From: Octopus vulgaris
Lineage: Eukaryota
Direction: 5' to 3'
Length of the DNA: 64,000 nt
Assembly (NCBI GenBank): GCA_951406725.2
Contig: OX597843.1
Location: 18,972,001-19,036,000 of the forward strand
Below the pieces are notes generated by a model. It saw only the letters and a list, made by a program, of their open reading frames with translations, searched no databases and was not told the origin of the DNA. Of this stretch, positions 61,290-64,000 are shown piece by piece (position 1 is the stretch's first letter; every line of letters starts with the position of its first letter). The translations under genes were made by a program, and so were the position numbers.

Positions 61290-64000
61290 TCACTGAAAAT
61301 TAGATATATATATTTACGAAACCGAGACAAATATCTGCAGCTAGCAAGTCTTTTTGAATTTTTTCCTCGGATTACGGCAAACATTTTTCTGTTGCTACAA
61401 GCCGTTGTGTGAGTTCGATTCTGTTAGTCTCTTTGTTTTGTGTTACACGTGAAAATTTTTTGAACTGTTGTTTTTTGACCCAGTAATTTTCGCCCTTCGG
61501 GGTAGAAAGTTTCTGTGTTTTTTGTGTAAACTTTTAACCTGTATAGGTTATTTTTGAAAAATTCCCTAGTCATTTGTGACAAGTTTCTTGTTTTCTATAA
61601 TGGAAATTGACTTAAATTCAAAAAAGATTTTCCCGAAATGGGAAAAGGCACAAACGTTAACAAACAAATGGTTACACAGGCAAAACCAAGTTTCTCTGAT
61701 TCCGTAGGCGGCAACGTGGTAGAACTGGAAGTAGCAATGGAGAAGCTCTTCCAGTTCAGAAAGTTAATTAAAAAAAAGCGGTGAAGAAATGCGATTAATA
61801 CCGCCCCTGAAACTATGCAGGCAATTCGAGAAAAGACGGTTACTTATAAAGTCTATAATATAGAAGAAAAAAGAATAACCGACGTGAAAAATGATATAGT
61901 GGAAAGGTGTATGGCGCCAATATGGAGTAAGGTTCGCTACGTCAGCCGAGGGGCGAGAAGCGCTACAATAGAAACTCATTTCGAGTCGGCCGATGTAGCG
62001 AAGGAACTTTCAACACAAACTTTGAAAAGCGAGCATATCCTATTACTACCCTTGTATTTGGGGCGTAGGATGGCGAAAGTTTCACTGGATGACATACCAA
62101 GGGGCTACGAAGTGATGTGGGCGGCAACAGCGGTCATATTTGATGTGGAGGAAAAATTAATAATATTGAGCATGAGGAAGAAAAGGCAACGAACTGGAAA
62201 GGCCAACAGTTTGAGATGATTATTCAAGCAGAAAATTCAACTCTGGAAAGCTTGCCAGATAGGGTTTCGTGGGAGAGGGGCATACCATACGTGTATCGGT
62301 AGAGGGACGCAGGCCCAGATGTTTCAAGTGCGGGCAAAAGGGCCATGTTCGCTCCGTATGTACGAAAAAAAAAACGGTCAACGCCCCTCCTCAAAACGCT
62401 GGAAAAAACACAGAGAACAAAGCAGACAACACAGCAACAACAAAAGGAAACGCGGAAAAGAAAAAACAGACTGAGTTTCAAAAAGAGGAGAACAAGAAGA
62501 GGAGAAACAAAACGAAAAAGAAAAGGAAGAGGAAAATAATCTAACAAAAAAAATGAGCAAGAAGAAATGGAATACACGACTGTGAGAAACAAAAGAAAAA
62601 AATCTAACACCCCTAACTCCCCACCCCAAACAAAAAACAAAATCAATGATGCAGACGAACAACATAAAAAAATTTTCCAATCCCATCCCGCTGGTACTAC
62701 TTTTGTAGGACAGCAATTCAATAAACCCCACCCCCCAACTTTAAAAGGGTTTAAATCAAATGATAAGTGTATAGCTTATAATACGAGAAATGAGAGAGTT
62801 GTGAGGTTCGTGAAAAGAAGAACTCAAATCAAATGCTTTAAAACGACAGAGAAGGACCCGGAATGGAGATAGGCAAGAGTCGGCGAGGAAGAATTCACGG
62901 AGAGACTCTTCCAACAACATGGAAAGGACGGTTTCATTAAGGATGTCACCCAGGAGGTGATAGTTGGGAGAGTGCATATCGGCCCGGCAGCCACACCAAC
63001 CCAGAGCCCGGTGGCAACGCCGGTGAAATGCCCAGCAACAACGGAGAGTGTGGGGGAGGCAGGCAGACATAACCTGTCATGCTCCCTCCCGCAACCGTAA
63101 GTAAGTTATTTTTCTTTCTTCGATGATTAAGTTAGGCTGTATAAATGTGGGTGGAATGGGGTCGAAATGGAAACAGGATTTGTTTGCTGGACGACCTCAT
63201 TTCACATAGAATCGATGTGGCTATTGTTACCGAGTCCAAGATGAAAAGACCCCAAGCGTTCTCGCCACATCTCAATGGTTACGAGAAATTTATTTCTCCT
63301 AGCCGAGGGGGAGGTGCAGGCGTGGCAATCCTTATCAGGAAGAACTTGCACTTACAAGTAAGTCCTGTCTTTCTAGACCCAGAAGGTAGGCTGGTTGTCC
63401 TAGATGTGACTCGCATGAGTAAGCAGTCCTTCAGGTTGGTTAGCTGTCTATGTTCCTTATGGGTATTGGCAGACCGGTTTTTATCGGGACCTGGAGCACT
63501 TTCTCGTGACGTCTAAAACGGTAGTCTTGGTAGGGGATTTCAACACTATTCTCGATGCGCGGGTTGATAGTGTAGGCTCGAACGTTAGGAGAGGGAATCC
63601 TTGCCTCAAGGCTCTACTAGCGAGCTTTAATCTAGTAGACTGTTTTCGACTGGATGAGCCGAACGTTCCACAGTGGACGTGGAGTAACAACGACGGCTCA
63701 CGCAGATCGTATATAGATAGAGTATTTGTTAAGGAACGAGATAGGAATAGCGTTAGCTGTCCACAATTTTCTGTTGTGCCTTACACGGATCACAAACTCG
63801 TGACGTGTGAGGTACATGTAGATAAATGCCATAGACAAGGTCCCGGGTACTGGAAGATGAACAAGTCTATTTTGACTTGTGAAGCTTTCCGTACCCGGAT
63901 TAAGGAATTAGTACAGAAGGCATTATGTGGCACCATCATTAATAATAGATGGTGGCTCGCCCTCAAAAGAGCCATCCGTTTGGAGTCCATTAGATTTAGC
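61290..64000 (+). mobile_element. Tx1/L1-clade LINE 5' part: ORF1 with CCHC knuckle and ORF2 endonuclease, frameshifted, running off the window
   Basis: CFKCGQKGHVRSVC in ORF1. From about 63123: KLGCINV...VTESK...GAGVAIL...DPEGRLVVLDV...GDFN...YIDRVFV...TDHKLV...GPGYWKMN. Confidence 0.9.

Overview
Eukaryotic, AT-rich, microsatellite-saturated genomic DNA. The SINE families and repeat landscape look like an Octopus (coleoid cephalopod) genome; this is inferred from recognition, not a search. The only well-supported host gene is the 5' part of a TRPC-like (short transient receptor potential) channel on the + strand. It has six phase-0 coding exons from about 12897 to 31937, encoding ankyrin repeats, the TRP_2 zinc-binding motif and the pre-S1 region. 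I could not trace it past a 100-N gap at 33445-33544. One cysteine-rich exon of Ly6/uPAR (three-finger) type lies after the gap. Most of the rest is mobile DNA: at least three tRNA-derived SINE families, CR1-like, RTE and Tx1/L1 LINEs, a Tc1/mariner relic, non-autonomous Helitrons and at least four Penelope-like elements (PLEs). Most ORFs in the supplied track are microsatellite artefacts. The most interesting signals are: (1) small foldback elements sitting in (TA)n tracts, each carrying a minimal hammerhead ribozyme, within a wider set of hammerhead-like core variants; (2) a 7.6 kb quasi-palindrome in which a nearly intact PLE with inverted pLTRs is flanked by an inverted duplicate of its neighbouring CR1 LINE; (3) candidate sensory-neuron regulatory clusters (CATCTG E-boxes, TAATCC K50 sites) around the TRP gene.
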